A stretch of DNA of 63,447 nucleotides, filler included, from Salisapilia sapeloensis CBS 127946 (Eukaryota > Protista > Oomycota), in assembly GCA_023334545.1 (NCBI GenBank). It is 12 parts of 12 records of this genome, joined end to end, with 100 filler letters (N's around TTAATTAATTAA, not from the genome) between each part and the next. Parts side by side here need not be neighbours in the genome. Positions count along the whole stretch, not along the records: positions 10,862 to 12,786 come from JAADVB010001005.1; positions 12,887 to 15,924 come from JAADVB010000797.1; positions 16,025 to 40,706 come from JAADVB010000259.1; 9 more parts are not named here. One strand, written 5' to 3'. A program made the position numbers and the translations under genes. Of the stretch, positions 11,228-21,506 are shown piece after piece. The notes under the pieces are model-generated. The model had not been told where the DNA came from, searched no databases, and was given only the letters and a program-made list of their open reading frames with translations. Within the stretch, counting starts at the first letter, position 1; the number at the start of each line of letters is the position of its first letter.

Positions 11228-12400
11228 CTACGGGTAGTCTTCGAGACAGAAGCGAGCAGTGGACTGTGCTGTGTCGGACAATGCGTCATCCATTTCCGTC
11301 CTAGTATCTCGCCATTCGCCTGAAGTAGAATGTTTCTTCGCATCTGACTGTGGAAAACTGTGGTTGATGTCGAATGCTATTGGAAGGACCATTGGTCGCT
11401 CTACCGTCGACAATGTCTTAAGATTCCTTGCGAGTGTCTCAACTCCCGACAGAGCATTCATAACAGCGTTGCTCGGCTGATGGTAGCTTCCACTCAGATG
11501 TGGATCATGACAAGGGAAAGTGCTGAGCAATGAATTGGCAATGGATGGGGAACAAATTAAGTGATACTTGCATGAATCTGTGCGACGAAATACGTCAGAT
11601 TCGTCCTCAATAGAAGGATAGTGTCTTGCAGACATGAGAGCTGGACCTTCACATGCATCCACCTCGCTTTCTACAATAGCGAGGACTCGTTGCATCGTTA
11701 CACTACTGTGGACATACAATCCGGTAGGAGATTCTAGTCTCAAACTCTGGGTGTCGTCAGAGGTGATGTACGACACATTGTTGCCTTCTGCCTCGTCCAG
11801 GATCCCACTGAGGTTGGAATTTGGCTCTGAGCTCGTTCCGACTGACTGGGTACAGCTATTCTCAATTGGCTTTGCTTCGTCGCAGGAGTTTCCATCATGT
11901 ACAAGAAAGAGCTCCTCATCGACGCTTTTAAACTTACGCTCTTCCGAGTCGTACCGCTCAATAAACTTTTTCAAGTTTCGGCATCGACGTTTGATAAAGG
12001 CAGACTCTTCTGGGTACTGCTCGTAAATTTGTTGCGAAGCTCCAAGCGGCATGCTGTGCTTTAATTGCATATAGAGAAACTTCTCCAGGGCATCAAGTGC
12101 TCTTGCAACCCAAGTGCCTTTGCTGCCCAGTTTCTCATCGAACTTTCGCTTCAAGGTAGGATGATCACCTGCATCAAACTCAATGACAGGCCCGTTCTCG
12201 AGTGCATAGCTATGCTTGGTCCGCCATGAAAGACCATACTTGTGTCCATGATGAGCAATTGCCTTCTTAAGACTCTGAATTGGAGCAGTTTGCTTCTTGA
12301 GCTTCTCATTGACAACCTTGTTCTTACGAAGGAAGTCTTTAAGCTCTTCTGGATGCACAGTGCTTCCACTGGAGTAGACGAAGAAGGCAGCCTCTTGCAT
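11228..12400 (-). CDS. Hypothetical protein (basic globular N-terminal half, low-complexity C-terminal half)
   Basis: 390-aa ATG-initiated ORF with no recognised family. Confidence 0.65.
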   Translation of the reverse strand: MQEAAFFVYSSGSTVHPEELKDFLRKNKVVNEKLKKQTAPIQSLKKAIAHHGHKYGLSWRTKHSYALENGPVIEFDAGDHPTLKRKFDEKLGSKGTWVARALDALEKFLYMQLKHSMPLGASQQIYEQYPEESAFIKRRCRNLKKFIERYDSEERKFKSVDEELFLVHDGNSCDEAKPIENSCTQSVGTSSEPNSNLSGILDEAEGNNVSYITSDDTQSLRLESPTGLYVHSSVTMQRVLAIVESEVDACEGPALMSARHYPSIEDESDVFRRTDSCKYHLICSPSIANSLLSTFPCHDPHLSGSYHQPSNAVMNALSGVETLARNLKTLSTVERPMVLPIAFDINHSFPQSDAKKHSTSGEWRDTRTEMDDALSDTAQSTARFCLEDYP

Positions 12401-12635
12401 CTTTTCCGATGTACCGATGTCAAGCTCTCTTCGTGTTTTCTATGTACTCTTGCGAGTTTTCTACTTCACCAAAAAACACTTTTCCACAAAAGTCACAAAT
12501 TGGTCAGTGATAAGACAAAATTTATCGTCACTCGCATAATCTACCCCCACCAAAGCCATTTCCAACCTTCACGACTATATTATCAACCTCATTAAGCTAA
12601 AAATTGCTGCTTTACTATTCTCGATTATGCATGTT

Positions 12636-12786
12636 TTAGGTGTAAGCAGGCAGCGTGTCCACGGGCCCAAAGTCGCAGTGGCCTGGGCGGTAGCTCTTCA
12701 CGTGCGTCGCCATCTGCGCGATCACGCACACTTGGCAACAAAAGCTGCTCCACATGTCAAAGCAGCAGTTGCCGGGGATTGAGAAC
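12636..12786 (-). CDS. PLAC8 family cysteine-rich protein, C-terminal fragment
   Basis: Manual translation FSIPGNCCFDMWSSFCCQVCVIAQMATHVKSYRPGHCDFGPVDTLPAYT* has the typical oomycete PLAC8 ending. It is not in the ORF track and is truncated by the linker. Confidence 0.8.
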
Positions 12787-12886
12787 NNNNNNNNNNNNNN
12801 NNNNNNNNNNNNNNNNNNNNNNNNNNNNNNTTAATTAATTAANNNNNNNNNNNNNNNNNNNNNNNNNNNNNNNNNNNNNNNNNNNN
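12787..12886. other. Artificial contig linker
   Basis: N44-TTAATTAATTAA-N44. Confidence 0.97.
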
Positions 12887-12997
12887 GCTATACTAAGTGT
12901 GCACTGCTTACTCGATACCTCAGCTGCCAAGATCATCCCATCGCAAGGCCTACTGGCGCTTCAAGGACGTTATGGTTGCACAGAGCAATCTGTCTGC

Positions 12998-13239
12998 CAT
13001 GCCTTACGTGGCCGTCGTTGTATGAAGCATCCAGGTTGGGACCGCCGCATTGACATCGCGCCTCCTTTAACACTGTTCACGGACGTTGAGGATTCTTCCT
13101 CATGCCTTAAGTGGCCGTCGTTGTATGAACGCTGTTGAAGACTTGAGCGTCGATAGCATTGGATTGTCATCGCCTTTGATACTGTTCACGGACGTTGAGG
13201 ATTCTTCCTCATGCCTTAAGTGGCCGTCGTTGTATGAAC
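12998..13239. repeat. Degenerate tandem repeat with 103/109-bp period and a 59-bp identical core
   Basis: ACTGTTCACGGACGTTGAGGATTCTTCCTCATGCCTTAAGTGGCCGTCGTTGTATGAAC at 13072 and 13181; partial copy CATGCCTTACGTGGCCGTCGTTGTATGAA at 12998. Confidence 0.85.
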
Positions 13240-14732
13240 ACTGTTGGAGACACGAGCGGCAATTGCATTGCTAGGATGAAGTCCACGGAGAAAAAGTTGC
13301 TACTGCTGATGATTACGGAAAGAGAGGAGAGCAACTGTAGCATAGAAGAAACTAGATGAGCTCGAGTATGAACTAAAGAAGATGAATGAAAGCATTTGGA
13401 AGGATGATATCGGTTTTATTCCATTCCGTTTTCCAAGCATTCTGCAATTGTGATCTTGTAACTTCGAATTGAAGTACTATCTAGCTAACATCATTTATTG
13501 CCTATCCGCGTCGATGTGGTGATGAATCGGAGGTGCAGGTAGCACGCATAAACCGAAGAGCAGTAGGATATTCTGGAGCATACTATGCATACGAACTCAA
13601 GTTACTTTTTACGTTTGATACAATTTGTCGTGTTGAGTGCTCTGCAGTAGTGTACGTCGCATTGTGAGCAGCCTTATCAGAAGCGGTGGCGTTGAAGATT
13701 AGCTCCTCATTTGAATCATTACAGTCCCGGCTTCACGCTCAGCAATTTAGCATCCTCAATGGACACATTGTCTGTTCAAACGAATGCAGACTCCTGTCAT
13801 CGCTCTTTTTCCATTTGAGCGCTTGAGGCAGGATGCATGCGTGGTTCTCACCTGTTTATCGCTCTAAGTCGAATTTAGTAGGAAGTCCACTTTCCCGCCT
13901 TGTGCGCTTAGGGGGCTCAAGTGTCGGACTCACAGTTTCAATAATCAGACAAGCAAGATGAACATTCCGGATGCACCAGATGAACCTCCATCTTCTAAAG
14001 CATTGACGCCAGGTAGCACGCAATGACGGTCATGCGTCGAGTCTTGCATCCAGTCCCTTTCTTCTGTATAGAGCTGAGGATGATGGTGGAAATGCAAGTT
14101 TGATCGGAGAAGCAGGATAGTAATCATGGTAAGATAGTGCTGACAAATATGCAAGCAGTCATTTCAGCGTTATAACGGCTACTGATCCGTCGTGATTACA
14201 ACGCCGCCATCATATCCTGCCACTAGGTTGATAAGCTTGAAGGGTGCATACCCCGATGGAAGAATAGTCAAGTACTTTAGCATTATGCATCCTCCGGCGC
14301 TCCTCGTTACTCTTTGTCCTCTATTTCTCAGTCGATACCCATGACGTCGGCGCCTCATATGTATGCATTCGTGCTCTGCCATCTTCCTAGTCACTCAACG
14401 TAGTGGACGTATATGAAATAGATGCAATTGAAGATCAACACGATTTGTATAACACGCTACAAGATACCTTCTTACTCATCTACATCATATTTTCCGCACC
14501 AGGCACTGGAGTATGCATTTGGTCCTTGAGACGCAGATTCGGAGCTGGTCCACGCTTCCCACCAGTCATTACCAGTCGCTGGCTTGTGCCAACGTTGGAG
14601 CGTCGTAGATGCCTTCACCGACCATGAAGGCGGTACAAAGCTTCACTCGAACGTGCTTCCGCTTTCGCTTATTCTTCTGAATCACCACCTACAACTGAGC
14701 CATCAACTACCGCTGCACCTTCGACGCCTAAA

Positions 14733-15164
14733 ATGGTCTCGAGGGAGGCATAGGATCCGCCTGTTGAGTACATGGACGTTGGTGTCGATTGAGCGGACAA
14801 GGACAACTGGGAACAAGCCGATGGTAGTAGCTACTATAATGGGATGCTCGCTGACGACGACATCAAACTTACCACCAGCAAGAGCAAGGAACCCATCCGG
14901 ATGCATCAAGGATGGCATGGTGAACGGTTCATGCTTATCGAATAGAAATGCTCTTCCTCGAGCGACACGAACATCCTGATGCTCAATACCAAACTCCAGG
15001 GGCAATGCATGGTCGTACTCGGTCAAGCTCGATATTTCCGAAATGGTTACACAAGGTGCTATCGATCGACCTGTACACAGCTTTTCTGGCTGTGGCGGCT
15101 TCTCCGACATCGCCAGTTAGGATCAGCTTACCTTGGACGTGAGTCCAGCCGCCGAGAACGCTGA
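14733..15164 (+). pseudogene. Decayed coding-like frame, identity unknown
   Basis: One frame stays protein-like over 144 codons but has stops at 14751, 14790 and 14943. Confidence 0.25.
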
Positions 15165-15924
15165 TCCGTGCTTCTGCCCGATACGTTTCTTCAAGCGTGT
15201 CTAGTACGAGGTCATTTGGCCGGTGGTCTGTGGCCACTCGATTGCGACAGTATTCGCTCGTAATATGCACGGTCAGCTCTTGCAGCTTATCAGAACCCTA
15301 CTGAGACCAAGGGAGGTAAATTGAACGGTCAGGACACGTACGACGAAACTCCTTATTCTTCTTGTTATCACGCGCTTCAGACAATTGTCTCTCGGGTTCT
15401 CTAGAAGAAAGTCACCCGACGCTGCTCAAAACTTCTATACAGTAGCCTAGGTTTCCAGATCAATTGTCACGCTTCGCTCGGATGTATCGATCGAGTAGTT
15501 CGTAAGGCTATTGCATATACAAAGCTGACTCTCGGGATGAGTCCTCGCTTGTCTTCATTCTCTTGCATGACCATATCAGCAGAGCGGCCGACGTAAAAGA
15601 GCATTCTGATCTTTTAGTGTGCATATCTTCCAACTATCGATACGGTGGTACATCCAGAAACACCTTTGAGCGGCATCTTCCCAATTGACGCGCAATCATG
15701 CTTTCTTGCGCGATCTAGCTTGGGCGCTAGAAGAATAACACATGTATTTGCTCGTCGATCTACTCGTGAGCATCCAGATTCCGTCCTCTGGCCTTTCGCT
15801 TTCTAGCTTGACGTGTGTTCCTACAAACTTCAAGTGGAGATACTTGAAAGGACGGATAGATCTTCCAGCGAGCTCTCATGAGGCAAGGAATGACATGTAG
15901 AGTCTCTGGATCATCCCATTAGAC

Positions 15925-16024
15925 NNNNNNNNNNNNNNNNNNNNNNNNNNNNNNNNNNNNNNNNNNNNTTAATTAATTAANNNNNNNNNNNNNNNNNNNN
16001 NNNNNNNNNNNNNNNNNNNNNNNN
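15925..16024. other. Artificial contig linker
   Basis: N44-TTAATTAATTAA-N44. Confidence 0.97.
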
Positions 16025-16991
16025 AAGTGAAGCGACTGTTTCGCGCGCTTTTTCAGATGTGCGCATTTCGAGCAGCAGGCGTGTATGGAAGTCTTCTCGA
16101 AGATCGCTCCCCTATGGCTTACTTGAAGATGAACGATCACTTGTTTTTGTATTCCTAGATTGGTGTGGAAGTTGTATTGAAGTGCTGCGTTAGGTTTCCA
16201 ATGGCAAGTGCACAGTAAAACCGACTACTCTCCCCGTACGCTAATTGCCGCTTCGATTGTCGTGAATAGAATGACACCATGTGAATCCCCAATTCCTCTG
16301 AACACTGATTCAGCGCGATTACGACCTAATTCATTCATTCCTCTGGGGAGGGACACATGGAAATGTATTCCTGAACAGGTATGCTGTCGGCACTGGAGTA
16401 CATACAGAAACGTCTTTGAACGATGCCTTCGAGATTGGCGCGTTATGTATATGCACGGTGGTGGTCAAAAAATCGATAAACAGCACGATGTCGTATATGA
16501 ACTTAAGAAGGAATCCCAGCTGGTCTTAGCTTCCGCACTCGATGAGAAGCTAGAACGGGTCTCTGCGAGAACGGAAGCATTGCTGGCTTGGTCATCACTG
16601 GCGAGTTTCTAGTTGAACTGCAATAGAGCGATCAAATAGAAACCTTAAGCACATCTTCACGTTGCGTGGGCGATATGAATATCACCATATACGAATTCTG
16701 GTCATCCAACATGGCCTCCTCCGAGACGAAAAGGATATTGCGAGACTGATCTCTAGTCTGTAACGACTAAATAGCATTAAATAGCTCTTGTAAATTTCTG
16801 CACGGGTGTTAGAAGTACGGTGGACGTACTCGCTCTATCGTCAATCTACTCATGAGTATCCAGTTCTAATACTATAACTAAATTTTGTGGCAAAGAAGTA
16901 TATTGAAGTTATATGCCTCTTTGGAATCGCTGAAGATTCACCGTCGCCGAGAGTGAATCTTTTTTCAAGAAATTGCTGGTATCTCAACCGC

Positions 16992-17438
16992 TTATGGAGA
17001 ACCAAGTTTACTCCAGAGGGTAGAACAGTCGCCGTTGACCTCCACAACGAGGTTCCGGCCTTCCTGCGTGATGATCTCACCAGCTTCGTTGAGGAAAACA
17101 AGATGAGGAATCGAATTGACGCCGAATTTCTCGCTGAGCTTTGCCTCGGTTTCACGGAGCTCAAACGGAAGTGTGAGGAAAGACATTTTCTTGTAGTACC
17201 CGTCATAGCTTTCAACATCTTGATCAGCCGAGACAAAGATGAGTTCAAATTCAGGGTGCTCCTTGACCATCTTCTCATACGTTTCGTTCAAAGTGGGTGT
17301 AAATCCTTGGCAAGGAGGGCACCAGCTTGCACTAAAGTAGAGCCCAATCACTTTCTTCCCCGCCAAGAGCTCAGATGTCGACTTCGTCCCTTCCTTTGAG
17401 CGCAACGTATCGCCCAGCATGTCCTCAAACGCTCCCAT
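16992..17438 (-). CDS. Nucleoredoxin/tryparedoxin-like thioredoxin
   Basis: GKKVIGLYFSASWCPPCQGFTP...FELIFVSAD...FGVNSIPHLVFLN; single domain with a WCPPC active site. Confidence 0.92.
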   Translation of the reverse strand: MGAFEDMLGDTLRSKEGTKSTSELLAGKKVIGLYFSASWCPPCQGFTPTLNETYEKMVKEHPEFELIFVSADQDVESYDGYYKKMSFLTLPFELRETEAKLSEKFGVNSIPHLVFLNEAGEIITQEGRNLVVEVNGDCSTLWSKLGSP

Positions 17439-17464
17439 CTTCTTTCTTTTCTATCTCTGAATAC

Positions 17465-17599
17465 AAAGCGGGGTTTCACTCACGAGGGAAGTTGCGAACT
17501 GAGCATTCAGCAGGGTTTCACTCAGGAAGCAAGTATGAATTGGGTACAAAAGCGAGGCTTCACTCACGAGGCAAGTGCGATCTGGGTCCAAAAGCGAGG
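17465..17599. repeat. 42-bp imperfect tandem repeat (about 3.3 copies) in a divergent promoter
   Basis: TTCACTCA core at about 17475, 17517 and 17559; AGCGAGG at 17551 and 17593. Confidence 0.85.
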
Positions 17600-17707
17600 A
17601 GGATCTTTCTGTAAATGATTTCTGATAATTTCTTCAACATATATTCAAAAAAGTACCGTGCTAAATATGTTAGACAAGTCTTATAACAAGATAGGAACAC
17701 GGCGGGT

Positions 17708-20373
17708 ATGAGCCGCATTGGCATCGACCAGTCTTTGCTATGGCGAAAGCTATTCGCTTTTGATGAGTCAGATATAGGTCCTTTAAATGAAAGTAGTATG
17801 AAGGAGCTGCAGGAAAAGTTACAGTCTTTGGATACGAAAGAGGAAGGCAGACCGTTGCGTGCGATGGTCGTTCAGCGCCTGGCCTATTGGCTACGAGCTG
17901 ATATCGTGCCTACATTTCACGAGTTCTTCACATCTCTACGCCATAAACCAAGCGCGAGTTATAAAAAGAGGCGTCAGTTCGCTGCTAATTGTGTGGAGCA
18001 AATGACTTTAGCCATGCAGTTCGCGACGGACGCAATGACTCCATGCCAAGCACTGTCCGACCTTCTACCAAAGAGTTCAGATTCAGGTACGTTCATACTA
18101 TTCGTAGCTGTATGATACAAGAGCGTTTGACGATGGTATTTGTGGTAATTGTAGATCATGGTTTATCCGTTATGGAGGAAGTACTGCACATTTTCCGAGG
18201 TCTCGTCTTTGAAGAGCTTTCATATAAACAGGTAGATTCTTCCCACTCGTTCCAGTATCTAGTAGCAAAGCTGATAATTTTGTGGTTTTGGATGATAGAT
18301 ATTTATCGAAGTGATCGCGATGGCTTTAGCGAGCCGCTTGCGTACCATTCGATGTACGTGTCTTCGTCTAATTCGATGCTACTATCTACCATTCACCTTA
18401 CATCGTCAATAAGTAGCACACAAGACAGAGGAGAGCGACTTGACAGCATTATTACATGCGCTATGGTCCGTTGGGTGGAGCGATTTGGTGCAAGATGCTC
18501 TAGATCAGTTGTTACGAAGTCAATTGGAAGGCATCGTGTCTCTTAAATGTGGCGACTCCTTCACAGAAACCTACTTGACAGACATCCAAGAGTGGGTAGA
18601 AATAGATCTCCACCCATGGATCTATACAATGTGTCAAACAAAGTACTTTGGATCGAAAGACGGACAGGAATGGAAAAAGTTTATGCACACAAACCTCCAA
18701 GAGGTATAGTCCCTACCTCTTTATTCGCTCCTAAACTCTTAACGACACTATGACCGCATAGATGTTTGCTCGTAAACGCATCACCCAGCTCTTTGACATA
18801 ATCAAAGAGTTTCCTGAAAGGTAGAAAAGTACATTTAAATGTCTTTATCATGTCTTTATCGAATGGAAATGTGTAGTGTACCAGCACTGGAGGAATTAGC
18901 AGAGTGTCTAGAAAGCGGTCAATTATCTTCCCTTGTCATCGAAAGCTTCTCAAACGCTTTACGTACTCGTCTACTACATCCAGGCACAACGACAGCACAG
19001 ATTCTAGACATTTACATTCTTACGATTAAAGCTTTCCGCATCATCGATCGAGATGGTGTCTTACTAGAGCATCTTGGCGTACTATTCCGACAGTATCTAC
19101 TCAAGCGAAAGGATACGGTTCGTTGCATCGTATCGAGCCTCACTGAGGAAGAGGAAAGTGACTTGTACGATGAACTACGACGCACCTACGGCGGTCTGAC
19201 AGAGCAGGATGATGACAGTGACGACGATGAAGTGCGTTTTTCAGCTATATACTCTCCTGCTTATACTTATTAACCGTGACTATCGTATGCTATAGGAAGG
19301 CAATCCGGACGAGTGGGAGCCGGATCCGATTGAAGCTGAGCCGGGGAAGACTACTCGGAGCCGACGTAGTAATGACATTTTACAGATGCTAGTAAACATC
19401 TATGGCTCCCGTGAGCTCTTTGTGAACGAGTATCGGATGATGCTCGCAGATAAATTACTTCAGAACCTATCCTTTGATACATCTCATGACGTCGCGACGT
19501 TAGAACTATTGAAACTCCGATTCGGAGAAGAGTTACTGAAGCAAGGAGAGATCATGGTACGTGACATTGACGACTCAAAACGCTTAAACACATCGATCCA
19601 AGAAGCGTTCATCGAAAAACAACGTCCACTCGCCGTTCCAATAGACGCAACCATCGTCTCGCATGAGTTTTGGCCACGATTTAAAACGAATGACTTTGCA
19701 TTGCCACCACAAGTCAAGCAAAGTGTCGACATGTTCCAGGAAGAGTATAATCTGATGCGAAAGCCTCGATCGCTTGATTGGAAGACATCTCTCGGCTCTG
19801 TCCAAGTAGAAATTGAGCTAGAAGGAACGACTCGAGAGTTCACCGTGTCTCCTCTCCAAGCTTCCATCATTGTCTTCTTCGATGAAAAGGATAATTGGTC
19901 TACAGATGACCTATCGACACGTCTGGAAATCACGACGGAAGCACTGGTTCAGCATGCGTCTGTGTGGGTAAACTGTGGCATCTTGGTCCTGTCATCGGAC
20001 CGGAGTGAACTCATGGCTGCATCGTCCTTCCGAGATCGGGAGGACCAAGCCATGGTAGGTGAAATGGTGACGGCAGTATCGTCGGATGCACAAGCAGAGG
20101 AAGATCTAAGAGTATTTGAAAGCTACATCGTCGGGATGCTGACGAACTTTGGATCGCTCAGTCTCCAACGCATTCACAACATGCTCTCGTCCTTTGCACG
20201 CACCGGTGCTCAGCCATGTACGTCGTCGTAAAACTTTTTATAGCTGAACAGAGCTCAAGTATGTATTCTGCTTAGATAACAAGACGATTTCTGGACTATC
20301 TGCTATACTCGGGAAGCTCGTGGACAATGGAAGGTTGGAAGTAGCTGCTGGAGAGTATCGTCTCGCGCGGTAG
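17708..20373 (+). CDS. ANAPC2: Anaphase-promoting complex subunit 2 (cullin-homology), multi-exon
   Basis: ILDIYILTIKAFRIID, YLLKRKDTVRCIVSSLT, WEPDPIEA, MLVNIYGSRELFVNEYRMMLADKLL, LELLKLRFGE and LQRIHNML. The last exon ...LSAILGKLVDNGRLEVAAGEYRLAR* ends at TAG 20373. Confidence 0.9.
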
Positions 20374-20385
20374 AGTTGGAAGGTG

Positions 20386-20904
20386 TTAGAAACCATGGGG
20401 GCATGCCTTGTAGGTATGACCAAGAGATGCACAGGTGACACACATTTGCTCTGGTTCCGTTGTCGGGTCCTTCAAGGCTAATAGGCCGAGGCTATAGGCT
20501 CGTATCAGTCGCGTCGAGTAGCATAGTCCAGCATGTGGACCAAACTAAGAAAATTCCTTGTCAATCCATACGTTGATACAGTTTAGCACATTATCTACCT
20601 TGTGATCTTCTTCAAAATCCACCGGTACGACATACTTATCCTAATCCATACAGCAATTAGACCAGCAGTAGCCAGTAGATACTCCAACAAGCACCTCGAT
20701 AAACCCAACGGTCTTCTTCATCCGAACCGACGTCTTCTCATGAACTCGACGCGTGTACTTGACTTGTCGATAGATAAACAATGGAGCATGTACATCTTCT
20801 CCATCCTCTCCATCCTCTTTCTCTCTACTTGCTTTCACTCTCTTGACTCCTTTATCCTCCGACGTGAGGTGCTGTCGCTTCGCTTTCCGAAAGTATCCTT
20901 CCAT
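20386..20904 (-). CDS. Three-exon 136-aa protein with a DNA polymerase delta subunit 4 (p12)-like motif and a C-terminal CCHC zinc knuckle
   Basis: Exons 20904-20695, 20640-20599 and 20544-20386; two 54-nt GT-AG introns, phase 0. Product ends ...GFIE|DKYVVPVDFEEDHK|FGPHAGLCYSTRLIRAYSLGLL...CVTCASLGHTYKACPHGF*. Confidence 0.7.
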
Positions 20905-20969
20905 TATTATAAACACCCTTTCAAGATCGCCTATCAAACCCTCCACGCGTCCATTTTGAAAAAACGAGT

Positions 20970-21425
20970 ATGGAAGCAGAGCTCTCGACCGTAACTATTG
21001 CCGTCGGTGGTGCACTTGCTGCGGCTGCTGTCGGATTCACGGCAACGAAAGTCTTTGGCAGTAGCAATAAAAAAGTGACACAAGCTCCGAAGAAAGACAA
21101 GAAGGATAAGAAGGCATCCAAGAAAGCTAAGCAACAGGCGAAAAAACAAAAGAAGGAGGAGGAGGACTCCTCCTCATCTGACGACAAAAAGGTCGACTTA
21201 GATGAATTCGTCGGTGACTTTACCGACTCGGAGGAAGAGGAAGCGAAGCGTCTCGAGAAGAAGCGTCTTAAGCGCCGTCAGAAGATGAAAAAGAAGAAGA
21301 GCAAGGCGTCTGCTGCAGCCAAGAAGGAAGCTGCCGAGCAAGATCGCGCTGCTCAGGACGAACAGCAAGTCGAGGACGGATGGCAGACCGTTTCTCGCAA
21401 GCGTTCCATGAAGAAACAGAACTAG
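20970..21425 (+). CDS. Small membrane-anchored Lys/Glu-rich protein
   Basis: N-terminal hydrophobic helix (VTIAVGGALAAAAVGFTA), K-rich tail and DGWQTVSRK near the C-terminus; 151 aa. Confidence 0.75.
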   Translation: MEAELSTVTIAVGGALAAAAVGFTATKVFGSSNKKVTQAPKKDKKDKKASKKAKQQAKKQKKEEEDSSSSDDKKVDLDEFVGDFTDSEEEEAKRLEKKRLKRRQKMKKKKSKASAAAKKEAAEQDRAAQDEQQVEDGWQTVSRKRSMKKQN

Positions 21426-21506
21426 AAACCTAAAAAATACCACTAGGATGTCGACTCCCTTGATGCAAATCATTCGTACTCTTTCCGTCTTAAGCTGCTA
21501 GTTCAT

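Noticed and set aside
12998-13239. CRISPR array
   Set aside because: Eukaryotic context, no cas genes, only 2-3 copies, a 59-bp core is too long, and the 'spacers' resemble each other (CATTG...CATCGC...CTTT).
16208-16612. 134-aa ORF at the start of the large contig
   Set aside because: Non-ATG start, no family signal; could be part of a spliced gene, but no consistent model was found.
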